From Eledone cirrhosa (Eukaryota): 64,000 bases of DNA. The stretch lies in the NCBI GenBank assembly GCA_964016885.1, contig OZ024741.1:256494001-256558000 (forward strand). The letters run 5' to 3'. Positions 23,163 to 35,614 of this stretch are shown here, piece by piece. Position 1 is the stretch's first letter. Each line of letters starts with the position of its first letter. Made by a program: the position numbers and the translations under genes. The notes under the pieces were generated by a model. That model saw only the letters and a program-made list of their open reading frames with translations, was not told the origin of the DNA and did not search any database.

Positions 23163-26100
23163 GTTGTTGTTGTTGCTGTTTTCTGTGTCAGTGCCACTGT
23201 TGTTGTTGCTGTTTTCTCTGTCAGTGCCAGTGTTGTTGTAGTTTTTGCTGTTTTCTGTGTCAGTGCCAGTGTTGTTGTTGCTGTTTTCTGTGTCAGTGCC
23301 AGTGTTGTTGTTGTTGCTGTTTTCTTTGTCAGTGCCAGTGTTGTTGTTGTTGCTGTTTTCTTTGTCAGTGCCAGTGTTGTTGTTGTTACTGTTGCTGTTT
23401 TCTGTGTCAGTTCCAGTGTTGCTGTTGCTGTTTTCTGTGCCAGTGCCAGTGTTATTGTTGCTGTTGTTGCTGTTTTCTGTGTCAGTGCCACGGTTGTTGT
23501 TGCTGTTGTTGCTGTTTTCTGTGTCAGTGCCAGTGTTGTTGTTGCTGTTTTCTGTGTCAGTGCCAGTGTTGTTGTTGCTGTTGTTGCTGTTTTCCGTGCC
23601 AGTGTTGTTGTAGTTGTTGCTGTTTTCTGTGTCAGTGTCGGTGTTGTTGTTGTTGCTGTTTTCTCTGTCAGTGCCAGTGTTGTTGTTGTTGCTGTTTTCT
23701 CTGTCAGTGCCAGTGTTGTTGTTGTTGCTGTTTTCTGTGTCAGTGCCAGTGTTGTTGTAGTTGTTGCTGTTTTCTGTGTCAGTGCCAGTGTTGTTGTAGT
23801 TGTTGCTGTTTTCTGTGTCAGTGCCAGTGTTGTTGTAGTTGTTGCTGTTTTCTCTGTCAGTGCCAGTGTTGTTGTAGTTGTTGCTGTTTTCTCTGTCAGT
23901 GCCAGTGTTGTTGTAGTTGTTGCTGTTTTCTGTGTCAATGCCAGTGTTGTTGTTGTTGCTGTTTTCTCTGTCAGTGCCAGTGTTGTAGTTGTTGCTGTTT
24001 TCTCTGTCAGTGCCAGTGTTGTTGTAGTTGTTGCTCTTTTCTGTGTCAGTGCCAGTGTTGTTGCTGTTGTTGCTGTTTTCTGTGTCAGTGCCAGTGTTGT
24101 TGTTGTTGCTGTTTTCTCTGTCAGTGCCGGTGTTGTTGTAGCTGTTGCTGTTTTCTGTGTCAGTGCCAGTGTTGTTGTAGTTGTTGCTGTTTTCTGTGCC
24201 AGTGCCAGTGTTTTTGTTGTTGCTGTTTTCTCTGTCAGTGCCAGTGTTGTTGTAGTTGTTGCTGTTTTCTCTGTCAGTGCCAGTGTTGTTGTAGTTGTTG
24301 CTGTTTTCTCTGTCAGTGCCAGTGTTGTTGTAGTTGTTGCTGTTTTCTCTGTCAGTGCCAGTGTTGTTGTAGTTGTTGCTGTTTTCTGTGTCAGTGTTGT
24401 TGCTATTTTCACTGTCAGTGCCAGTGTTGTTGTAGTTGTTGCTTTATTCTGTGTCAGTGCCAGTGTTGTTGTTGTTGCTGTTTTCTCTGTCAGTGCCAGT
24501 GTTGTTGTAGCTGTTGCTGTTTTCTGTGTCAGTGCCAGTGTTGTTGTAGTTGTTGCTGTTTACTGTGTCAGTGCCAGTGTTGTTGTAGTTGTTGCTGTTT
24601 TCTCTGTCAGTGCCAGTGTTGTTGTAGTTGTTGCTGTTTTCTCTGTCAGTGCCAGTGTTGTTGTAGTTGTTGCTGTTTTCTCTGTCAGTGCCAGTGTTGT
24701 TGTTGTTGCTGATTTCTCTGTCAGTGCCAGTGTTGTTGTAGTTGTTGCTGTTTTCTCTGTCAGTGCCAGTGTTGTTGTAGTTGTTGCTGTTTTCTGTGTC
24801 AGTGCCAGTGTTGTTGTAGTTGTTGCTGTTTTCTCTGTCAGTGCCAGTGTTGTTGTTGTTGTTGCTGTTTTCTCTGTCAGTGCCAGTGTTGTAGTTGTTG
24901 GTGTTTTCTCTGTCAGTGCCAGTGTTGTTGTAGTTGTTGCTGTTTTCTGTGTCAGTGCCAGTGTTGTTGTTGTTGCTGTTTTCTGTGTCAGTGCCAGTGT
25001 TGTTGTTGTTGCTATTTTCACTGCCAGTGCCAGTGTTGTTGCTGTTGCTGTTTTCTCTGTCAGTGCTAGTGAGGTTGTAGTTGTTGCTGTTTTCTGTGTT
25101 AGTGCCAGTGTTGTTGTAGTTGTTGCTGTTTTCTGTGTCAGTGCCAGTGTTGTTGCTGTTGATGTTTTGTCTGTCAGTGCCAGTGTTGTTGTAGTTGTTG
25201 CTGCTTTCTCTGTCAGTGCCAGTGTTGTTGTAGTTGTTGCTGTTTTCTGTGTCAGTGCCAGTGTTGTTGTTGTTGCTGTTTTCTCTGTCAGTGCCAGTGT
25301 TGTTGTAGTTGTTGCTCTTTTCTGTGTCAGTGCCACTGTTGTTGTTGCTGTTTTCTCTGTCAGTGCCAGTGTTGTTGTAGTTTTTGCTGTTTTCTGTGTC
25401 AGTGCCAGTGTTGTTGTTGTTGCTGTTTTCTGTGTCAGTGCCAGTGTTGTTGTTGTTGTTGCTGTTTTCTCTGTCAGTGCCAGTGTTGTTGCTGTTGCTA
25501 TTTTCACTGTCAGTGCCAGTGTTGTTGTTGTTGTTGTTTTCTGTGTCAGTGCCAGTGTTGTTGTTGCTGTTTTCTGTGTCAGTTCCAGTGTCGCTGTTGC
25601 TGTTTTCTGTGCCAGTGCCAGTGTTATTGTTGCTGTTGTTGCTGTTTTCTGTGCCAGTGTTGTTGTAGTTGTTGCTGTTTTCTGTGTCAGTGCCGGTGTT
25701 GTTGTTGTTGCTGTTTTCTCTGTCTGTGCCAGTGTTGTTGTTGCTGTTTTCTCTGTCAGTGCCAGTGTTGTTGTTGTTGCTGTTTTCTGTGTCAGTGCCA
25801 GTGTTGTTGTAGTTGTTGCTGTTTTCTGTGTCAGTGCCAGTGTTGTTGTAGTTGTTGCTGTTTTCTGTGTCAGTGCCAGTGTTGTTGTAGTTGTTGCTGT
25901 TTTCTCTTTCAGTGCCAGTGTTATTGTAGTTGTTGCTGTTTTCTCTGTCAGTGCCAGTGTTGTTGTAGTTGTTGCTGTTTTCTGTGTCAATGCCAGTGTT
26001 GTTGTTGTTGCTGTTTTCTCTGTCAGTGCCAGTGTTGTTGTAGTTGTTGCTGTTTTCTGTGTCAGTCCCAGTGTTGTTGTAGTTGTTGCTGTTTTCTGTG

Positions 26101-29100
26101 TCAGTGCCAGTGTTGTTGTAGTTGTTGCTGTTTTCTCTGTCAGTGCCAGTGTTGTTGTAGTTGTTGCTGCTTTCTCTGTCAGTGCCAGTGTTGTTGTAGT
26201 TGTTGCTGTTTTCTCTGTCAGTGCCAGTGTTGTAGTTGTTTCTGTTTTCTGTGTCAGTGCTAGTGATGTTGTTGTTGCTATTTTCACTGTCAGTGCCAGT
26301 GTTGTTGTTGTTGCTGTTTTCTTTGTCAGTGCCAGTGTTGTTGTTGTTACTGTTGCTGTTTTCTGTGCCAGTGCCAGTGTTATTGTTGCTGTTGTTGCTG
26401 TTTTCTGTGTCAGTGCCAGTGTTGTTGTTGCTGTTGTTGCTGTTTTCCGTGCCAGTGTTGTTGTAGTTGTTGCTGTTTTCTGTGTCAGTGCCGGTGTTGT
26501 TGTTGCTGTTTTCTCTGTCAGTGCCAGTGTTGTTGTTGTTGCTGTTTTCTCTGTCAGTGCCTGTGTTGTTGTTGTTGCTGTTTTCTGTGTCAGTGCCAGT
26601 GTTGTTGTAGTTGTTGCTGTTTTCTGTGTCAGTGCCAGTGTTGTTGTAGTTGTTGCTGTTTTCTGTGTCAGTGCCAGTGTTGTTGTAGTTGTTGCTGTTT
26701 TCTCTGTCAGTGCCAGTGTTGTTGTAGTTGTTGCTGTTTTCTCTGTCAGTGCCGGTGTTGTTGTAGTTGTTGCTGTTTTCTGTGTCAGTGCCAGTGTTGT
26801 TGTAATTGTTGCTGTTTTCTCTGTCAGTGACAGTGTTGTTGTTGTTGTTGCTGTTTTGTCTGTCAGTGCCAGTGTTGTAGTTGTTGCTGTTTTCTCTGTC
26901 AGTGCCAGTGTTGTTGTAGTTGTTGCTGTTTTCTGTGTCAGTCCCAGTGTTGTTGTAGTTGTTGCTGTTTTCTGTGTCAGTGCCAGTGTTGTTGTAGTTG
27001 TTGCTGTTTTCTCTGTCAGTGCCAGTGTTGTTGTAGTTGTTGCTGTTTTCTGTGTCAGTGCCAGTGTTGTTGTAGTTGTTGCTGTTTTCTCTGTCAGTGC
27101 CAGTGTTGTTGTTGTTGCTGTTTTGTCTGTCAGTGCCAGTGTTGTAGTTGTTGCTGTTTTCTCTGTCAGTGCTAGTGTTGTTGTAGTTGTTGCTGTTTTC
27201 TGTATCAGTGCCAGTGTTGTTGTTGCTGTTTTCTGTGTCAGCGCCAGTGTTGTTGTTGTTGCTATTTTCACTGTCAGTGCCAGTGTTGTTGCTGTTGCTG
27301 TTTTCTCTGTCAGTGCCAGTGATGTTGTAGTTGTTGCTGTTTTCTGTGTTAGTGCCAGTGTTGTTGTAGTTGTTGCTGTTTTCTGTGTCAGTGCCAGTGT
27401 TGTTGCTGTTGCTGTTTTCTCTGTCAGTGCCAGTGTTGTTGTAGTTGTTGCTGCTTTCTCTGTCAGTGCCAGTGTTGTTGTAGTTGTTTCTGTTTTCTGT
27501 GTCAGTGCCAGTGTTGTTGTTGTTGCTGTTTTCTCTGTCAGTGCCAGTGTTGTTGTTGCTGTTTTCTGTTCTGTGCCAGTGTTGTTGTTGTTGCTGTTTT
27601 CTCTGTCAGTGCCAGTGTTGTTGTTGCTGTTTTCTCTGTCAGTGCCAGTGTTGTTGTTGTTGCTGTTTTCTCTGTCAGTGCCAGTGTTGTTGTTGCTGTT
27701 TTCTCTGTCAGTGCCAGTGTTGTTGTTGGTGTTTTCTGTGTCAGTGCCAGTGTTGTTGCTGTTGCTGTTTTCTCTGTCAGTGCCAGTGTTGTTGTAGTTG
27801 TTGCTGTTTTCTCTGTCAGTGCCAGTGTTGTTGTAGTTGTTGCTGTTTTCTGTGTCAGTGCCAGTGTTTTTGTTGTTGCTGTTTTCTCTGTCAGTGTCAG
27901 TGTTGTTGTAGTTGTTGCTGTTTTCTCTGTCAGTGCCAGTGTTGTTGTAATTGTTGCTGTTTTCTGTGTCAGTGCCAGTGTTGTTGCTGTTGTTGCTGTT
28001 GTTGCTGTTTTCTGTGTCAGTGCCAGTGTTGTTGTTGTTGCTGTTTTCTGTGTCAGTGCCAGTGTTGTTGTTGCTATTTTCACTGTCAGTGCCAGTGTTG
28101 TTGTAGTTGTTGCTGTTTTCTGTGTCAGTGCCAGTGTTGTTGTTGTTGCTGTTTTCTCTGTCAGTGCCAGTGTTGTTGTAGCTGTTGCTGTTTTCTCTGT
28201 CAGTGCCAGTGTTGTTGTAGTTGTTGCTGTTTTCTCTGTCAGTACCAGTGTTGTTGTAGTTGTTGCTGTTTTCTCTGTCAGTGCCAGTGTTGTTGTAGTT
28301 GTTGCTGTTTTCTCTGTCAGTGCCAGTGTTGTTGTTGTTGCTGTTTTCTCTGTCAGTGCCAGTGTTGTTGTAGTTGTTGCTGTTTTCTCTGTCAGTGCCA
28401 GTGTTGTTGTAGTTGTTGCTGTTTTCTGTGTCAGTGCCAGTGTTGTTGTAGTTGTTTCTGTTTTCTCTGTCATTGCCAGTGTTGTTGTTGTTGTGGCTGT
28501 TTTCTCTGTCAGTGCCAGTGTTGTAGTTGTTGCTGTTTTCTCTGTCAGTGCCAGTGTTGTTGTAGTTGTTGCTGTTTTCTGTGTCAGTGCCAGTGTTGTT
28601 GCTGTTGCTGTTTTCTCTGTCAGTGCCAGTGTTGTTGTAGTTGTTGCTGCTTTCTCTGTCAGTGCCAGTGTTGTTGTAGTTGTTGCTGTTTTCTGTGTCA
28701 GTGCCAGTGTTGTTGTTGCTGTTTTCTCTGTCAATGCCAGTGTTGTTGTAGTTGTTGCTGTTTTCTGTGTCAGTGCCACTGTTGTTGTTGCTGTTTTCTG
28801 TGTCAGTGCCAGTGTTGTTGTTGTTGCTGTTTTCTCTGTCAGTGCCAGTGTTGTTGTTGCTGTTTTCTCTGTCAGTGCCAGTGTTGTTGTTGTTGCTGTT
28901 TTCTGTGTCAGTGCCATTGTTATTGCTGTTGTTGCTGTTTTCTGTGTCAGTGCCAATGTTGTTGTTGCTGTTGTTGCTGTTTTCTCTGTCAGTGCCAGTG
29001 TTGTTGTAGTTGTTGCTGCTTTCTCTGTCAGTGCCAGTGTTGTTGTAGTTGTTGCTGTTTTCTCTGTCAGTGCCAGTGTTGTAGTTGTTTCTGTTTTCTG

Positions 29101-32100
29101 TGTCAGTGCTAGTGATGTTGTTGTTGCTATTTTCACTGTCAGTGCCAGTGTTGTTGTTGTTGCTGTTTTCTTTGTCAGTGCCAGTGTTGTTGTTGTTACT
29201 GTTGCTGTTTTCTGTGCCAGTGCCAGTGTTATTGTTGCTGTTGTTGCTGTTTTCTGTGTCAGTGCCAGTGTTGTTGTTGCTGTTGTTGCTGTTTTCCGTG
29301 CCAGTGTTGTTGTAGTTGTTGCTGTTTTCTGTGTCAGTGCCGGTGTTGTTGTTGCTGTTTTCTCTGTCAGTGCCAGTGTTGTTGTTGTTGCTGTTTTCTG
29401 TGTCAGTGCCACTGTTGTTGTTGCTGTTTTCTCTGTCAGTGCCAGTGTTGTTGTAGTTTTTGCTGTTTTCTGTGTCAGTGCCAGTGTTGTTGTTGCTGTT
29501 TTCTGTGTCAGTGCCAGTGTTGTTGTTGTTGCTGTTTTCTTTGTCAGTGCCAGTGTTGTTGTTGTTGCTGTTTTCTTTGTCAGTGCCAGTGTTGTTGTTG
29601 TTACTGTTGCTGTTTTCTGTGTCAGTTCCAGTGTTGCTGTTGCTGTTTTCTGTGCCAGTGCCAGTGTTATTGTTGCTGTTGTTGCTGTTTTCTGTGTCAG
29701 TGCCACGGTTGTTGTTGCTGTTGTTGCTGTTTTCTGTGTCAGTGCCAGTGTTGTTGTTGCTGTTTTCTGTGTCAGTGCCAGTGTTGTTGTTGCTGTTGTT
29801 GCTGTTTTCCGTGCCAGTGTTGTTGTAGTTGTTGCTGTTTTCTGTGTCAGTGTCGGTGTTGTTGTTGTTGCTGTTTTCTCTGTCAGTGCCAGTGTTGTTG
29901 TTGTTGCTGTTTTCTCTGTCAGTGCCAGTGTTGTTGTTGTTGCTGTTTTCTGTGTCAGTGCCAGTGTTGTTGTAGTTGTTGCTGTTTTCTGTGTCAGTGC
30001 CAGTGTTGTTGTAGTTGTTGCTGTTTTCTGTGTCAGTGCCAGTGTTGTTGTAGTTGTTGCTGTTTTCTCTGTCAGTGCCAGTGTTGTTGTAGTTGTTGCT
30101 GTTTTCTCTGTCAGTGCCAGTGTTGTTGTAGTTGTTGCTGTTTTCTGTGTCAATGCCAGTGTTGTTGTTGTTGCTGTTTTCTCTGTCAGTGCCAGTGTTG
30201 TAGTTGTTGCTGTTTTCTCTGTCAGTGCCAGTGTTGTTGTAGTTGTTGCTCTTTTCTGTGTCAGTGCCAGTGTTGTTGCTGTTGTTGCTGTTTTCTGTGT
30301 CAGTGCCAGTGTTGTTGTTGTTGCTGTTTTCTCTGTCAGTGCCGGTGTTGTTGTAGCTGTTGCTGTTTTCTGTGTCAGTGCCAGTGTTGTTGTAGTTGTT
30401 GCTGTTTTCTGTGCCAGTGCCAGTGTTTTTGTTGTTGCTGTTTTCTCTGTCAGTGCCAGTGTTGTTGTAGTTGTTGCTGTTTTCTCTGTCAGTGCCAGTG
30501 TTGTTGTAGTTGTTGCTGTTTTCTCTGTCAGTGCCAGTGTTGTTGTAGTTGTTGCTGTTTTCTCTGTCAGTGCCAGTGTTGTTGTAGTTGTTGCTGTTTT
30601 CTGTGTCAGTGTTGTTGCTATTTTCACTGTCAGTGCCAGTGTTGTTGTAGTTGTTGCTTTATTCTGTGTCAGTGCCAGTGTTGTTGTTGTTGCTGTTTTC
30701 TCTGTCAGTGCCAGTGTTGTTGTAGCTGTTGCTGTTTTCTGTGTCAGTGCCAGTGTTGTTGTAGTTGTTGCTGTTTACTGTGTCAGTGCCAGTGTTGTTG
30801 TAGTTGTTGCTGTTTTCTCTGTCAGTGCCAGTGTTGTTGTAGTTGTTGCTGTTTTCTCTGTCAGTGCCAGTGTTGTTGTAGTTGTTGCTGTTTTCTCTGT
30901 CAGTGCCAGTGTTGTTGTTGTTGCTGATTTCTCTGTCAGTGCCAGTGTTGTTGTAGTTGTTGCTGTTTTCTCTGTCAGTGCCAGTGTTGTTGTAGTTGTT
31001 GCTGTTTTCTGTGTCAGTGCCAGTGTTGTTGTAGTTGTTGCTGTTTTCTCTGTCAGTGCCAGTGTTGTTGTTGTTGTTGCTGTTTTCTCTGTCAGTGCCA
31101 GTGTTGTAGTTGTTGGTGTTTTCTCTGTCAGTGCCAGTGTTGTTGTAGTTGTTGCTGTTTTCTGTGTCAGTGCCAGTGTTGTTGTTGTTGCTGTTTTCTG
31201 TGTCAGTGCCAGTGTTGTTGTTGTTGCTATTTTCACTGCCAGTGCCAGTGTTGTTGCTGTTGCTGTTTTCTCTGTCAGTGCTAGTGAGGTTGTAGTTGTT
31301 GCTGTTTTCTGTGTTAGTGCCAGTGTTGTTGTAGTTGTTGCTGTTTTCTGTGTCAGTGCCAGTGTTGTTGCTGTTGATGTTTTGTCTGTCAGTGCCAGTG
31401 TTGTTGTAGTTGTTGCTGCTTTCTCTGTCAGTGCCAGTGTTGTTGTAGTTGTTGCTGTTTTCTGTGTCAGTGCCAGTGTTGTTGTTGTTGCTGTTTTCTC
31501 TGTCAGTGCCAGTGTTGTTGTAGTTGTTGCTCTTTTCTGTGTCAGTGCCACTGTTGTTGTTGCTGTTTTCTCTGTCAGTGCCAGTGTTGTTGTAGTTTTT
31601 GCTGTTTTCTGTGTCAGTGCCAGTGTTGTTGTTGTTGCTGTTTTCTGTGTCAGTGCCAGTGTTGTTGTTGTTGTTGCTGTTTTCTCTGTCAGTGCCAGTG
31701 TTGTTGCTGTTGCTATTTTCACTGTCAGTGCCAGTGTTGTTGTTGTTGTTGTTTTCTGTGTCAGTGCCAGTGTTGTTGTTGCTGTTTTCTGTGTCAGTTC
31801 CAGTGTCGCTGTTGCTGTTTTCTGTGCCAGTGCCAGTGTTATTGTTGCTGTTGTTGCTGTTTTCTGTGCCAGTGTTGTTGTAGTTGTTGCTGTTTTCTGT
31901 GTCAGTGCCGGTGTTGTTGTTGTTGCTGTTTTCTCTGTCTGTGCCAGTGTTGTTGTTGCTGTTTTCTCTGTCAGTGCCAGTGTTGTTGTTGTTGCTGTTT
32001 TCTGTGTCAGTGCCAGTGTTGTTGTAGTTGTTGCTGTTTTCTGTGTCAGTGCCAGTGTTGTTGTAGTTGTTGCTGTTTTCTGTGTCAGTGCCAGTGTTGT

Positions 32101-35100
32101 TGTAGTTGTTGCTGTTTTCTCTTTCAGTGCCAGTGTTATTGTAGTTGTTGCTGTTTTCTCTGTCAGTGCCAGTGTTGTTGTAGTTGTTGCTGTTTTCTGT
32201 GTCAATGCCAGTGTTGTTGTTGTTGCTGTTTTCTCTGTCAGTGCCAGTGTTGTTGTAGTTGTTGCTGTTTTCTGTGTCAGTCCCAGTGTTGTTGTAGTTG
32301 TTGCTGTTTTCTGTGTCAGTGCCAGTGTTGTTGTAGTTGTTGCTGTTTTCTCTGTCAGTGCCAGTGTTGTTGTAGTTGTTGCTGCTTTCTCTGTCAGTGC
32401 CAGTGTTGTTGTAGTTGTTGCTGTTTTCTCTGTCAGTGCCAGTGTTGTAGTTGTTTCTGTTTTCTGTGTCAGTGCTAGTGATGTTGTTGTTGCTATTTTC
32501 ACTGTCAGTGCCAGTGTTGTTGTTGTTGCTGTTTTCTTTGTCAGTGCCAGTGTTGTTGTTGTTACTGTTGCTGTTTTCTGTGCCAGTGCCAGTGTTATTG
32601 TTGCTGTTGTTGCTGTTTTCTGTGTCAGTGCCAGTGTTGTTGTTGCTGTTGTTGCTGTTTTCCGTGCCAGTGTTGTTGTAGTTGTTGCTGTTTTCTGTGT
32701 CAGTGCCGGTGTTGTTGTTGCTGTTTTCTCTGTCAGTGCCAGTGTTGTTGTTGTTGCTGTTTTCTCTGTCAGTGCCTGTGTTGTTGTTGTTGCTGTTTTC
32801 TGTGTCAGTGCCAGTGTTGTTGTAGTTGTTGCTGTTTTCTGTGTCAGTGCCAGTGTTGTTGTAGTTGTTGCTGTTTTCTGTGTCAGTGCCAGTGTTGTTG
32901 TAGTTGTTGCTGTTTTCTCTGTCAGTGCCAGTGTTGTTGTAGTTGTTGCTGTTTTCTCTGTCAGTGCCGGTGTTGTTGTAGTTGTTGCTGTTTTCTGTGT
33001 CAGTGCCAGTGTTGTTGTAATTGTTGCTGTTTTCTCTGTCAGTGACAGTGTTGTTGTTGTTGTTGCTGTTTTGTCTGTCAGTGCCAGTGTTGTAGTTGTT
33101 GCTGTTTTCTCTGTCAGTGCCAGTGTTGTTGTAGTTGTTGCTGTTTTCTGTGTCAGTCCCAGTGTTGTTGTAGTTGTTGCTGTTTTCTGTGTCAGTGCCA
33201 GTGTTGTTGTAGTTGTTGCTGTTTTCTCTGTCAGTGCCAGTGTTGTTGTAGTTGTTGCTGTTTTCTGTGTCAGTGCCAGTGTTGTTGTAGTTGTTGCTGT
33301 TTTCTCTGTCAGTGCCAGTGTTGTTGTTGTTGCTGTTTTGTCTGTCAGTGCCAGTGTTGTAGTTGTTGCTGTTTTCTCTGTCAGTGCTAGTGTTGTTGTA
33401 GTTGTTGCTGTTTTCTGTATCAGTGCCAGTGTTGTTGTTGCTGTTTTCTGTGTCAGCGCCAGTGTTGTTGTTGTTGCTATTTTCACTGTCAGTGCCAGTG
33501 TTGTTGCTGTTGCTGTTTTCTCTGTCAGTGCCAGTGATGTTGTAGTTGTTGCTGTTTTCTGTGTTAGTGCCAGTGTTGTTGTAGTTGTTGCTGTTTTCTG
33601 TGTCAGTGCCAGTGTTGTTGCTGTTGCTGTTTTCTCTGTCAGTGCCAGTGTTGTTGTAGTTGTTGCTGCTTTCTCTGTCAGTGCCAGTGTTGTTGTAGTT
33701 GTTTCTGTTTTCTGTGTCAGTGCCAGTGTTGTTGTTGTTGCTGTTTTCTCTGTCAGTGCCAGTGTTGTTGTTGCTGTTTTCTGTTCTGTGCCAGTGTTGT
33801 TGTTGTTGCTGTTTTCTCTGTCAGTGCCAGTGTTGTTGTTGCTGTTTTCTCTGTCAGTGCCAGTGTTGTTGTTGTTGCTGTTTTCTCTGTCAGTGCCAGT
33901 GTTGTTGTTGCTGTTTTCTCTGTCAGTGCCAGTGTTGTTGTTGGTGTTTTCTGTGTCAGTGCCAGTGTTGTTGCTGTTGCTGTTTTCTCTGTCAGTGCCA
34001 GTGTTGTTGTAGTTGTTGCTGTTTTCTCTGTCAGTGCCAGTGTTGTTGTAGTTGTTGCTGTTTTCTGTGTCAGTGCCAGTGTTTTTGTTGTTGCTGTTTT
34101 CTCTGTCAGTGTCAGTGTTGTTGTAGTTGTTGCTGTTTTCTCTGTCAGTGCCAGTGTTGTTGTAATTGTTGCTGTTTTCTGTGTCAGTGCCAGTGTTGTT
34201 GCTGTTGTTGCTGTTGTTGCTGTTTTCTGTGTCAGTGCCAGTGTTGTTGTTGTTGCTGTTTTCTGTGTCAGTGCCAGTGTTGTTGTTGCTATTTTCACTG
34301 TCAGTGCCAGTGTTGTTGTAGTTGTTGCTGTTTTCTGTGTCAGTGCCAGTGTTGTTGTTGTTGCTGTTTTCTCTGTCAGTGCCAGTGTTGTTGTAGCTGT
34401 TGCTGTTTTCTCTGTCAGTGCCAGTGTTGTTGTAGTTGTTGCTGTTTTCTCTGTCAGTACCAGTGTTGTTGTAGTTGTTGCTGTTTTCTCTGTCAGTGCC
34501 AGTGTTGTTGTAGTTGTTGCTGTTTTCTCTGTCAGTGCCAGTGTTGTTGTTGTTGCTGTTTTCTCTGTCAGTGCCAGTGTTGTTGTAGTTGTTGCTGTTT
34601 TCTCTGTCAGTGCCAGTGTTGTTGTAGTTGTTGCTGTTTTCTGTGTCAGTGCCAGTGTTGTTGTAGTTGTTTCTGTTTTCTCTGTCATTGCCAGTGTTGT
34701 TGTTGTTGTGGCTGTTTTCTCTGTCAGTGCCAGTGTTGTAGTTGTTGCTGTTTTCTCTGTCAGTGCCAGTGTTGTTGTAGTTGTTGCTGTTTTCTGTGTC
34801 AGTGCCAGTGTTGTTGCTGTTGCTGTTTTCTCTGTCAGTGCCAGTGTTGTTGTAGTTGTTGCTGCTTTCTCTGTCAGTGCCAGTGTTGTTGTAGTTGTTG
34901 CTGTTTTCTGTGTCAGTGCCAGTGTTGTTGTTGCTGTTTTCTCTGTCAATGCCAGTGTTGTTGTAGTTGTTGCTGTTTTCTGTGTCAGTGCCACTGTTGT
35001 TGTTGCTGTTTTCTGTGTCAGTGCCAGTGTTGTTGTTGTTGCTGTTTTCTCTGTCAGTGCCAGTGTTGTTGTTGCTGTTTTCTCTGTCAGTGCCAGTGTT

Positions 35101-35614
35101 GTTGTTGTTGCTGTTTTCTGTGTCAGTGCCATTGTTATTGCTGTTGTTGCTGTTTTCTGTGTCAGTGCCAATGTTGTTGTTGCTGTTGTTGCTGTTTTCT
35201 CTGTCAGTGCCAGTGTTGTTGTAGTTGTTGCTGCTTTCTCTGTCAGTGCCAGTGTTGTTGTAGTTGTTGCTGTTTTCTCTGTCAGTGCCAGTGTTGTAGT
35301 TGTTTCTGTTTTCTGTGTCAGTGCTAGTGATGTTGTTGTTGCTATTTTCACTGTCAGTGCCAGTGTTGTTGTTGTTGCTGTTTTCTTTGTCAGTGCCAGT
35401 GTTGTTGTTGTTACTGTTGCTGTTTTCTGTGCCAGTGCCAGTGTTATTGTTGCTGTTGTTGCTGTTTTCTGTGTCAGTGCCAGTGTTGTTGTTGCTGTTG
35501 TTGCTGTTTTCCGTGCCAGTGTTGTTGTAGTTGTTGCTGTTTTCTGTGTCAGTGCCGGTGTTGTTGTTGCTGTTTTCTCTGTCAGTGCCAGTGTTGTTGT
35601 TGTTGCTGTTTTCT
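23163..35614. repeat. Apparently identical 6215-bp tandem duplication in satellite B
   Basis: Identical translated ORFs at a constant offset of 6215: 23245/29460, 24560/30775, 25384/31599, 26236/32451, 27484/33699, 28752/34967 and 29085/35300. The match breaks at 29400(g) vs 35615(c). Confidence 0.92.
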
